From a virus (taxonomy: Duplodnaviria; Caudoviricetes): 59,687 nucleotides of DNA. The number at the start of each line of letters is the position of its first letter. The stretch's first letter is position 1. The notes beneath the pieces were generated by a model that had not been told where the DNA came from, did no database searches, and saw only the letters and a list, made by a program, of their open reading frames with translations. A program made the position numbers and the translations under genes. Shown in pieces: positions 9,687 through 18,273 of this stretch. The stretch spans positions 1 through 59,687 of IMG/VR virus record IMGVR_UViG_3300033153_007620, one strand, 5' to 3'.

Positions 9687-9763
9687 TAGTTGACTTATTG
9701 ACTACATTAGTAATATTATTAGTGTAATTATATAATTAATTATTTTATGGAGTGGTAAAAATG
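9687..9763 (+). repeat. Hairpin-promoter/RBS module copy 3
   Basis: Diverged stem TACATTAGTAAT/ATTATTAGTGTA, identical 3' RBS part. Confidence 0.85.
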
Positions 9764-10420
9764 ACAGACAGAATTGAGGATTATGAAAAACAGGAATTTA
9801 CCGGAGTTGATGTAAGTTTGGAAATTTCGCTTTTTGAGTATGGGTTGATATGGGGTAAAAATAAAGAATGCGCTGAAGATGAGTTCCTTTTTATTCACGG
9901 AATTGCTATAGATGATGGTTGCAATTATATTGATTTTGATAGTGGTTATTTAAATAAAGAAGACTTTGCAACCGGATTTTATTTTGACGACGATAATATA
10001 AAAGATATAGAAGATTTTACTGGAATGTCAAAAAATGAATTAATTGATAATTTCCCTTATTCAGTATCGGATATTGTAGGTTATCACGGCGCGGTTAACG
10101 TGTTCGGTTGCAATGCATACGGCGGTTACAAAATTTATAATGATGATCTTATAATGGACAAATTAGCAAATTCTTTACCTTCTGGCAGTGGCATAAACTC
10201 TGACTGGTATATATGGACAGAAAACAATATAATTAGTGCTGAAAATGATTTTTATCAGCCTGAATTTGATTATGTAAAGTTTATTGTTAAAATAGATATA
10301 GATAATATTAATGATTTTATAATAGAATTTGATAGTGAAGCGGAAATTCTTGCAGTAGATAATTGCAGTGGTTATTTAAACGATACAATTGCAGCAAGTT
10401 TAAAAGAAATCGAATTTTAA
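9761..10420 (+). CDS. Highly acidic early protein (possible DNA mimic)
   Basis: Very D/E-rich; C-terminal LPSGSGIN domain. Confidence 0.6.
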   Translation: MTDRIEDYEKQEFTGVDVSLEISLFEYGLIWGKNKECAEDEFLFIHGIAIDDGCNYIDFDSGYLNKEDFATGFYFDDDNIKDIEDFTGMSKNELIDNFPYSVSDIVGYHGAVNVFGCNAYGGYKIYNDDLIMDKLANSLPSGSGINSDWYIWTENNIISAENDFYQPEFDYVKFIVKIDIDNINDFIIEFDSEAEILAVDNCSGYLNDTIAASLKEIEF

Positions 10421-10436
10421 AAGGAGAAAATTAAAC

Positions 10437-10529
10437 ATGGACAACATTTATTTAATATTCAACTTGGATTATGATTATGAAATGTCAGAAATTGAAGAAC
10501 AAGAGATTTTAACAGAATTCGGATATTAA
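10437..10529 (+). CDS. Small acidic peptide (30 aa)
   Basis: SD AAGGAG; MDNIYLIFNLDYDYEMSEIEEQEILTEFGY. Confidence 0.45.
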   Translation: MDNIYLIFNLDYDYEMSEIEEQEILTEFGY

Positions 10530-10645
10530 TTATTTTATGGAGAGGATAAAATGTTTTATCCTTTCTGTTGAATTAAATTAATATTTATTGTAAAAATTAA
10601 AAACCGTGTTATACTAATAGGTATAAGTTTAAAAAGAGGTATCAA

Positions 10646-10885
10646 ATGTCAGATACAAAAAAAGAAATCGCTTGCCAACATGGAGCATTAAAACGACTGA
10701 GTAATAATAATTCGGATATAGCACTAAAATTTGTTTTATGGCACGATTCGATAATTGCTAAAATATTCAGGAATTTAATAAATGAATTTGAGAATAAATA
10801 TAATTGCTGTCCTACAGTTGATCAATTGATCTGGTTAACATCGGAAATATTGAAAACTGATATTAGTAAAATAAAATTTGATTAA
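10646..10885 (+). CDS. Hypothetical protein
   Basis: SD AAGAGG; upstream TGTTATACT -10. Confidence 0.55.
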   Translation: MSDTKKEIACQHGALKRLSNNNSDIALKFVLWHDSIIAKIFRNLINEFENKYNCCPTVDQLIWLTSEILKTDISKIKFD

Positions 10886-10894
10886 GGGGATAAA

Positions 10895-11239
10895 ATGAGA
10901 AAAGGAATGGTGGAATTAACAGATAGATATCATAAATATATTGACAGTTGGTATGATGAAGACAAGCATAAATTTCGTCAGATTTTAATTACAGACTATG
11001 AATTATCCTCAGATGCTATTGTCATATTTATGAGGATTTATGAACATAGTAGACCGTTAATTCTCTTCGGTTCTGTATTTAATAATTCCAATAATACAAA
11101 TTTCATCATAAAAGAAAATAGATTAAAATATGCTAAAGAATTAATGAAATATAAATTTATAGAGAAAATTATTAAAATAAAAGATTATTATGCAGTTGAC
11201 TCATACAATGAATATGCTAAAGTTACAATATATCTATAA
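10895..11239 (+). CDS. Hypothetical protein
   Basis: TTAAGGGGATAAAATG leader. Confidence 0.55.
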   Translation: MRKGMVELTDRYHKYIDSWYDEDKHKFRQILITDYELSSDAIVIFMRIYEHSRPLILFGSVFNNSNNTNFIIKENRLKYAKELMKYKFIEKIIKIKDYYAVDSYNEYAKVTIYL

Positions 11240-11748
11240 AATAAGAAAGGATATGATAATAAAATTAACAGAATTATATAATAATGACCTACTAAATGAT
11301 GTTGTAACTAACTTTGATTCTGTATATTCAGATTATTTTGAATAAATAAAATAAATTAAAAATATTTCTAGTTGCATTACCAGTTTTTAGAAACTCAAAA
11401 GGATTTAATCATAAAACAATACTCGTATCTGCTAAAAGTAGGCTAGATGCAATAAATTTAGTTTATCATCTCAGATCTAACGATAACATCGGAGAAATAA
11501 AAGAAGTATTTTATTAAAACAAAAAGGCGGGTAATATGAAATCTGAATATAATAAAATTAACAGAACATTGCAGAATTTAAAAACTGCAAATAGAATTTG
11601 CATTATGAATAATAAAGATAATTTTACAATTGATTTACTAGAAACAAAAATTAAACAGTATGAAAAATTATTAAAAGCAGTGAAATAATAAAAATATATC
11701 TTGACTCTTTTTAAAATAATGATTATCTTGTCTATAGGAGTTAAAAAC

Positions 11749-11937
11749 ATGGAAACAAAAAAACGGATTTTATTTACTATCTTAAGACAAGATAATTTAA
11801 CTAATGTACAATATGAGCGTGCTATTAATATGTTAATGACAATTGACAGTAAATTGGCGCAACAGGAAATTGATAGACAGTATATAATTCATGCTGCTAG
11901 CCTTGGAATTACTCCAGATCTTAAAAAGGTTGGATGA
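11749..11937 (+). CDS. Hypothetical protein
   Basis: SD AGGAG before ATG 11749. Confidence 0.5.
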   Translation: METKKRILFTILRQDNLTNVQYERAINMLMTIDSKLAQQEIDRQYIIHAASLGITPDLKKVG

Positions 11938-12694
11938 AATGAAACTACCACTATATAAATACAATCTAATACAGAGCTAATAAACAGCAAATGATAAATA
12001 AGATAATCCTCCACTAATAATATACTATATGAACATAGTTTCATATGTGCATTGTTTCATAGGTCTAGATGTACGTTTCAAGTGTACACAATAAAGATAA
12101 TAAAATAGTGTGTATAATAATACGTAGATAAGCTATAGTATATTATATTAATGTTAGTATAGTTATATAGGAAGTAAAGTTATTGTATAGGCTATAATAA
12201 AAGAGAATTAGAAAAGAATGTAATAGAGAGAACAAAGTTGTTAGTAGTGTAAATGCATAGCAGATAAGAAGATAGATAATAATATGGGAAAATAGGCAGA
12301 TGTTACGGAGATAAGGAAGGCTGGAATTTGTATTCAAATGCAATTGATTGACTAATTGTTTTATATTTATTATCTTACATATGACTAATAAGTGCAAAAT
12401 TGCAATAAATGCATTGATAAGAATTCATAAACACTTCAAATTATATTAGCCGGATAACCTGCTATAAGAGTATATCCCACTAGTACAGGGGGTGGAGTTG
12501 CTTAGGTCGGAAGAGCCTATATGACCTTCTTGTATTCAAGTACGCTCTATTTTGAAAGTCGTGCTATAATTAACTAATAGGGACTTGATATCACACACTA
12601 TAAACAGACCCCCTCTTTGTTATATAGCAAAATTAAGTCTACTCAAATTTTTTTAGAAAATAAATATCTAATAATCCACTATAAGGAGTTTCAT

Positions 12695-13564
12695 GTGATT
12701 AAACGAAAAACAAAAGAGCAATTTAAAAATGAATTTATTAAAAATGCCAGAATTAAATACGGAGATCAATATACTTTTGATAAAGTAAATTATATTAATT
12801 CCCGTACTCCAGTCATTATTACTTGCAAAGATCATGGGGATTTTAAAAGAAAACCCAGTTTGTTTCTTAACGGAAGAACTTGCTCAAAATGTAATGCAGA
12901 CAATACTCTTAATGGAACAGATAAAGAATCCAGAGTAAGATCCTACATAAATAAAGGTAAAAACAAATATGAGGATCAGTATGATTACTCTAAAATAGAA
13001 GAAGATTTTATTGATCGAAATAGCGAGGTGAAAATCATCTGCAAAGACCATGGAGAGTTCACTGTTAAAATGTTGTATCATTTAAGTAACGAAGGAACTT
13101 CTGGATGCAAGGATTGTGGGCATTGGGATTTATCAGCAAAGATCAATAGCAGGTATACTGAAGAACGATTCTCAAATGAGATTAAAGAAATGGGTTTGTA
13201 TGATGTAGTTCTTTCCTCCTTTACTGGTTTAAAGAGTACATGCAAGCTCCTCTGCCCTATTCATGGGGAGTTTGAGCGTATTGCTAGAACTATGTTGCAA
13301 GGAGGTAAATGTCCCGATTGTGATAAAGAAGCAAAAAGAAAAAGAATGAGCAGAACTAAAGAGCAATTTATTGTAGAATCTAAAGGATTATATGACGATC
13401 TTTTTTCTTATGATAAGCTGGAATATAAAAATGATAAAACTGAAGTGGAATTATATTGTAATAAACATTCTAAATATTTTTTTGTTACACCTCATTTCCA
13501 TTTGAATGAATATAGTTACAGTGGATGCAGAGAATGTGATTCTGAACTTAGTAAAGAAAAATAA
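12695..13564 (+). CDS. DUF723-like Zn-ribbon repeat protein (homing-endonuclease-type DNA-binding repeats, no nuclease domain)
   Basis: Four FI..A...YG..YDY....Y....V.I.C..HG.F......L...C..C units; GTG start after AAGGAG. Confidence 0.65.
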   Translation: MIKRKTKEQFKNEFIKNARIKYGDQYTFDKVNYINSRTPVIITCKDHGDFKRKPSLFLNGRTCSKCNADNTLNGTDKESRVRSYINKGKNKYEDQYDYSKIEEDFIDRNSEVKIICKDHGEFTVKMLYHLSNEGTSGCKDCGHWDLSAKINSRYTEERFSNEIKEMGLYDVVLSSFTGLKSTCKLLCPIHGEFERIARTMLQGGKCPDCDKEAKRKRMSRTKEQFIVESKGLYDDLFSYDKLEYKNDKTEVELYCNKHSKYFFVTPHFHLNEYSYSGCRECDSELSKEK

Positions 13565-13684
13565 TTTGTTACGTTCTCCCTATAGGGCTTTTTTAAGTTT
13601 TTATTAGTAGTTTTTTGCTCTTATTCGTTTTAATGGGTCTAGAGACATAATTTCGTTTTTCTCCCTATAAAGTAATATATTATC

Positions 13685-13713
13685 TTGACAATAGTATCCA
13701 TCTGTGTTATAGT
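13685..13713 (+). promoter_or_regulatory. sigma70-type promoter
   Basis: TTGACA-17-TATAGT with TG extension. Confidence 0.7.
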
Positions 13714-13730
13714 TTAATTATGGAGGAAAC

Positions 13731-13793
13731 ATGTTTGAAATTAGTTTGATTGCTTTAATGATTATTGGGTTGATGTTAGTAGAATTTTATTAG
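13731..13793 (+). CDS. 20-aa hydrophobic peptide
   Basis: SD GGAGG; MFEISLIALMIIGLMLVEFY, first ORF after promoter. Confidence 0.45.
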   Translation: MFEISLIALMIIGLMLVEFY

Positions 13794-13876
13794 AATAGGA
13801 GGACATATGAAAACGAAAGATGAAGAGATTGAAGAGTTGAAAAACAAATTAAAGTTCTCGAAAAAGGAGAATCAAA

Positions 13877-14383
13877 ATGAATCAGATTGAAGAAAAATGC
13901 TGCATGTATATAGATATAATCAATGCAATGGGAAAAGATTCTTTGTTGGAGCCAGATAGAGCTAAACTACATAGTGAAATATGTGATCTTGTAGGTATAC
14001 CACACAATACAACTAAACATATAACAGGTGATCTCATGGGTGTTTCGGGTAGGCAATTGTATTCTTCGTTATTGCACTTAAAAGAAGAGCTTAAAAAGAA
14101 AAGCAAAGATGACATAATAAAATCAGAGCTTCATACATATAGAGAGATATGGGGATCATCAACTAGGTATACAAAAGAGGCATCAGTAAAAATATACAAT
14201 AAGTTGATTTCTATAAAAACTAGCTGTGATGAAGCCCATCAATTCTATATTGAAATGTCTCTTGTGGAATTAGAGATGAGGCATAAATTGGTTTTTGGGA
14301 ATGAGATAGTTCGTGATGTTATTTTACTCGATAATAAAACAATTGGAGCCTTCAATAAACTCAAGGGAGAATTAAATGAATAA
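13877..14383 (+). CDS. Hypothetical protein
   Basis: SD AAGGAG. Confidence 0.6.
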   Translation: MNQIEEKCCMYIDIINAMGKDSLLEPDRAKLHSEICDLVGIPHNTTKHITGDLMGVSGRQLYSSLLHLKEELKKKSKDDIIKSELHTYREIWGSSTRYTKEASVKIYNKLISIKTSCDEAHQFYIEMSLVELEMRHKLVFGNEIVRDVILLDNKTIGAFNKLKGELNE

Positions 14384-14909
14384 ATGTGAAAACCCAAAAT
14401 GTGATAATGGTATGATATTGGGTGCATACCCATATCCTTGCCCAGACTGCAACGGAGCAGGCATACAGCCGGAACCAACTATTAAGAAATCCTTAACAGT
14501 TGAAAAATCAATTGATGAGGAGATAAGAGCGGCGTTTGAAAAGGATTTAGTTTTATCTGTAGAAACGGAAAGCTTATATTCGATGAATAATAATTATGAA
14601 CAAAATTGGGATAGTTTTGATTTGTTAGAAAAAAATACAGTTCCGATGAAAGACCTCGTTCATTCTATCGTGTATGATTTTAATGAAGCAGCCCAAAAAT
14701 ATCAGAAAGAAATCGTAACACTCAACCATAAAATAGTTCTTCACAAATCAAGAGAGACACATTTACTTGAGAAGATTGAAAAAATGAAATGCTGCGGGAA
14801 TTGTGATCAAGAAAATTTACAATCAGACTGTTTAATTTCAGAGACAGATATAAGGCAACATAAGTATATTTGCGACAACTGGAAGCCAAAGGACAACACA
14901 CAAACATGA
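14376..14909 (+). CDS. Hypothetical protein with Cys clusters at both ends
   Basis: C..PKCDNG..CPDCNGAG and KCCGNC..CDNW. Confidence 0.6.
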   Translation: MNKCENPKCDNGMILGAYPYPCPDCNGAGIQPEPTIKKSLTVEKSIDEEIRAAFEKDLVLSVETESLYSMNNNYEQNWDSFDLLEKNTVPMKDLVHSIVYDFNEAAQKYQKEIVTLNHKIVLHKSRETHLLEKIEKMKCCGNCDQENLQSDCLISETDIRQHKYICDNWKPKDNTQT

Positions 14910-15035
14910 TTCATTCACTTGCTATGGTGTCTACAATCAATCCACACACAAAAGTAATAGAATGGTTGATCAGAATAGAAAACGTGCAGTGGTGAAACGA
15001 TACAGAGCAAATAAGGGATATAGGAGAATAGAGAA

Positions 15036-15227
15036 ATGAGTAGCATGGAAGAAATATCTAAAAGAAAGTTAAAAATGACAGAAAAGCCTATTGAATGGAA
15101 TAAAGATTATCTTGAATGGTGTGAAATAATGAACCAGAAAATAAATGTTAGAGATCAGATTATATTTATGGCAGGGTATACGTTTGCATTGATAGATATA
15201 CGTGATGAACCAGAGGAATCAATATGA
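15036..15227 (+). CDS. Hypothetical protein
   Basis: SD AGGAG. Confidence 0.5.
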   Translation: MSSMEEISKRKLKMTEKPIEWNKDYLEWCEIMNQKINVRDQIIFMAGYTFALIDIRDEPEESI

Positions 15228-15457
15228 CAGAACAAAATGCAGTAGCGATAATGAATAATCTCCTGTTCACCATGGAAAATACTTTGAAGTACAGAGAAGA
15301 TAAGGGGGAGTCGGTGGATGTAAGTGAGTGGATGATACCGGAGGCTATGAGGATTGTACTTGATATAGCTATGGGTAAGGGTGATAACAGCGTGTTAAAT
15401 GCTGTACTGAGGCAGGGCAAGGGGGCAGAAATAAAAAAGTACTGTAAGAGATCCTAG
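15224..15457 (+). CDS. Hypothetical protein
   Basis: ATGA overlap with previous gene. Confidence 0.55.
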   Translation: MTEQNAVAIMNNLLFTMENTLKYREDKGESVDVSEWMIPEAMRIVLDIAMGKGDNSVLNAVLRQGKGAEIKKYCKRS

Positions 15458-15791
15458 TAGAATGGAAGGTAACTTTCAAGATCGGATTCTCAGAGCTGAC
15501 GCATTTTTTCAAAGTATTGACTATTTGTTGACCATGACTTAAGATTAGTCAATAGGGAGAATAATTTAATGAAAGTGGTGCCATGTTACAAGGCTACAGA
15601 ACAGGTATACAGCAGGATTTGTTCATGAGAAAGTTTATAAATGGTTAGAAGAATTAAATGAATGTAGTTAATGTTTAATAAAATAGACAAATGTAGGGTA
15701 TAATGACTAATATATCCTACATTATAGCCATACTTAAGGGACTATGATTAATATATTACTCATTAAGTTATAAGATTAAAAGGAGAAACAT

Positions 15792-16058
15792 ATGTTTAAT
15801 AAATACAAAGCAAGAATAAAAGAATTAGAAGCAAGAATACAGGGAATGAGTGAAATAATTACTGATTTTGAACGAAATGTTTTTAAAGTGACTATGGATG
15901 AGTATTGTTCTATCATTACAAACAATTCTGATGGTAGTAATAAAGGAGGATCATCAATTGAAATTATGATTGGTGAAGTAACAAACATAATTGAAGAGGA
16001 TGCATTTGCAGGAAAGAAAATTGAATTCAGATTAAAGCACCCAAGGACTTACAGGTAA
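15792..16058 (+). CDS. Hypothetical protein
   Basis: SD AAGGAG. Confidence 0.55.
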   Translation: MFNKYKARIKELEARIQGMSEIITDFERNVFKVTMDEYCSIITNNSDGSNKGGSSIEIMIGEVTNIIEEDAFAGKKIEFRLKHPRTYR

Positions 16059-16087
16059 ATATTAGTGATTCAAATGGAGAAAAGCAA

Positions 16088-16279
16088 ATGGAAAATTCTG
16101 TGATAATTAATACAAAGTATAATGAGAATATAATTGAAATAACATCCAAAGGAACAGGGATTTTTGAAGATCACTTTGATAAAATGTTGAGGGAAATAAT
16201 AGATTTAAAAAGGAAGTCTATAAGAAAAGCTTTAATTGATTTGGGATGGGCACCTCCTGAAGAAAATGCCAAGGAATAA
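16088..16279 (+). CDS. Hypothetical protein
   Basis: SD GGAG; ALIDLGWAPP C-terminus. Confidence 0.55.
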   Translation: MENSVIINTKYNENIIEITSKGTGIFEDHFDKMLREIIDLKRKSIRKALIDLGWAPPEENAKE

Positions 16280-16281
16280 AT

Positions 16282-17021
16282 ATGATATCCTGTGAAGATA
16301 ACATACTGGTTATGCACAAAATAGAAGATTCTTCCTTAGATTTCATCTACTCTGATATTCTTTATGGTACAGGAAGAGATTTCAGAGAATATACAGATAT
16401 TAAAGCAGAAATTAATACAGTATCAGAATTTTATCGTCCTAGATTTGAAGAAATGCATAGAGTATTAAAGGATACTGGAAGCATTGTTCTGCAAATGGAT
16501 AAACGAATTAATCATTGGATAAGGATATTATTAGATGAAATATTTGGGTATAATAATTTTAGGAATGAAATAACATGGTGTTATAGTGGTGGTGGAGTAA
16601 GTAAGAAAAAATACAGTTGCAAAAGTGATGTTCTAATTTGGTATAGTAAATCTTCTTCATATTATTTTTGTCCTCAGTTTATTCCTTATACTGGCAAACA
16701 GAAAGCACATCCTTATTCCAAAAATAGAGAGGAAAAAGTGCTAGGGGAAAACATCTGGAAGATTGGTGGAATGATATTAATAGTTTTGGAGGATCAACCA
16801 ATCACCCAGAAAGAAGGGAATGGGGATATCCAACACAAAAACCAGAAGCTTTAATGCAGAGAGTAGTAGATACTTGGACTAAAGAAAACGATCTGGTAGG
16901 AGATTTCTTTATGGGAAGCGGAAGTTTTCTTTCTGTAGCCCATAAAAATAATAGAAAGATCGTAGGATGTGATATTTCTAAAACAGCTTATGAAATGACT
17001 GTAAAAAGACTAGGAGAATAA
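16282..17021 (+). pseudogene. Beta-class N6/N4 DNA methyltransferase, split by a -1 frameshift at about 16733-16737
   Basis: Frame 1 has DFIYSDILYG (variant of DPPY) and FRNEITWCY. The -1 frame from 16740 has GKHLEDWW..YPTQKPEALMQRVV..LVGDFFMGSGS..IVGCDIS, stop at 17021. Confidence 0.8.
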
Positions 17022-17022
17022 A

Positions 17023-17235
17023 ATGAGTGATTTGGTAATAATAATAATAATAATTTATATTAGTGGTATTTTAATTTGGGCAACTTTATCAGCTCTCTTC
17101 GAAGATGGGGAAACGGATATTACAAGTGCAGCATTATCTCCTCTATGGCCTTTTATTTTGCCCATTGCCATACTAGCAATGATCATTTTTATACCAGTCA
17201 TAATTGTGGAGAAATATAGAGGGAGAATAAAATGA
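17023..17235 (+). CDS. Small membrane protein
   Basis: Two hydrophobic segments, LWPF motif. Confidence 0.6.
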   Translation: MSDLVIIIIIIYISGILIWATLSALFEDGETDITSAALSPLWPFILPIAILAMIIFIPVIIVEKYRGRIK

Positions 17236-17450
17236 AAACACATGAATATAAAGTAACCGTACTTCATTGGGATTCTGATGACACCAAACACTATCAGGAT
17301 GTCACTTGTATAAATAAGTGTAAGATAGTTAATTGGGATGTATGGGCAAAAAAGTATGTTGAAGATAATAATTTGGCAGGTGTAGTTATTATAAATATCC
17401 AATATTTAGGAATGAGAGCGAGGATAATCAAGGAAAAAGACTGGAAATAA
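17232..17450 (+). CDS. Hypothetical protein
   Basis: Coupled start, SD GGGAG. Confidence 0.5.
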   Translation: MKTHEYKVTVLHWDSDDTKHYQDVTCINKCKIVNWDVWAKKYVEDNNLAGVVIINIQYLGMRARIIKEKDWK

Positions 17451-17473
17451 TCCATAAATATCCCCATAATCCC

Positions 17474-17508
17474 ATCTGTGTGACTATATACGAAATGTAT
17501 GGTATAAT
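17474..17508 (+). promoter_or_regulatory. Putative late promoter (shared with 31312-31346)
   Basis: ATCTGTGTGACTATATACGA..TGGTATAAT upstream of TerS. Confidence 0.5.
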
Positions 17509-17534
17509 AATATTATACGTTAAAGGAGAAACAC

Positions 17535-18272
17535 ATGGAAACAGAATTAACTGCCAACGAGAAGAAATCTGCTGGTGTTCAGGCGAGATGGGATAGAGAT
17601 AAACAAATAGAAGGTAGATTGGATAAAAATGATGATCGGGATAGGATGTCAAAAAAATTCAATTATACATGTTTTGACAAACTCCACTTATTTGAAAAAC
17701 AGAAACAATTTATTGTTGTTTTTATGGATGCCCCTCATTTTGGGAGAAAAGAGAATATACAAAAGGCATACCGAGAAGTGTATAATCCTTCTACCGATAA
17801 TAGTTGCCGATCAAATTCTTCTGCAATGTTGGCAAAATCTAAAATCAAAGAGGGGATACTGGCTTACCAGAAGTATAGTCTGTTGAATCACAAGATCGAG
17901 GTAACATCGGAATCTATTGAGAACCTAAGAAGGATGGCAAATTATTCTGTAACTACTTTTTATCGTAGTAATGGCGATCCTAAAGGACTGGATGAGATCG
18001 ATGCGGAGTGGTTAATTTGCATTGACTCTATTGAAGTTGATTATAAAGTAGGAAAGGATTTTGAGAAACGAATTCCTAAATATAAATTGTGTGACAGAAA
18101 AAAGGCAATGGATTCATTGCAAAAACTATTGGGTGTGAGTCAGGAGATGGAGAAGATCGAAGTATCGGTTCCAACTGGTGGGAAGAATATTATTGATAGT
18201 GTTGGAGAGAATAATAGTCAGCCAAGGATAGTATTGAATATGTCTGTTGGGAACCCTTTTAAGGAGGAATAA
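17535..18272 (+). CDS. terS: Terminase small subunit
   Basis: HTH-like N-half (KQKQFI..AYREVY..NSSAMLAK), C-terminal KLCDRKKAMDSLQKLLG, position before TerL. Confidence 0.75.
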   Translation: METELTANEKKSAGVQARWDRDKQIEGRLDKNDDRDRMSKKFNYTCFDKLHLFEKQKQFIVVFMDAPHFGRKENIQKAYREVYNPSTDNSCRSNSSAMLAKSKIKEGILAYQKYSLLNHKIEVTSESIENLRRMANYSVTTFYRSNGDPKGLDEIDAEWLICIDSIEVDYKVGKDFEKRIPKYKLCDRKKAMDSLQKLLGVSQEMEKIEVSVPTGGKNIIDSVGENNSQPRIVLNMSVGNPFKEE

Positions 18273-18273
18273 T

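Noticed and set aside
7918-9763. CRISPR array or integron attC array
   Set aside because: Units are separated by 0.7-0.9 kb genes, not 30-40 bp spacers; no RYYYAAC/GTTRRRY pair, cas gene or integrase in the window
12143-12397. 84-aa minus-strand ORF
   Set aside because: No SD; hydrophobic translation is a by-product of the purine-skewed tract
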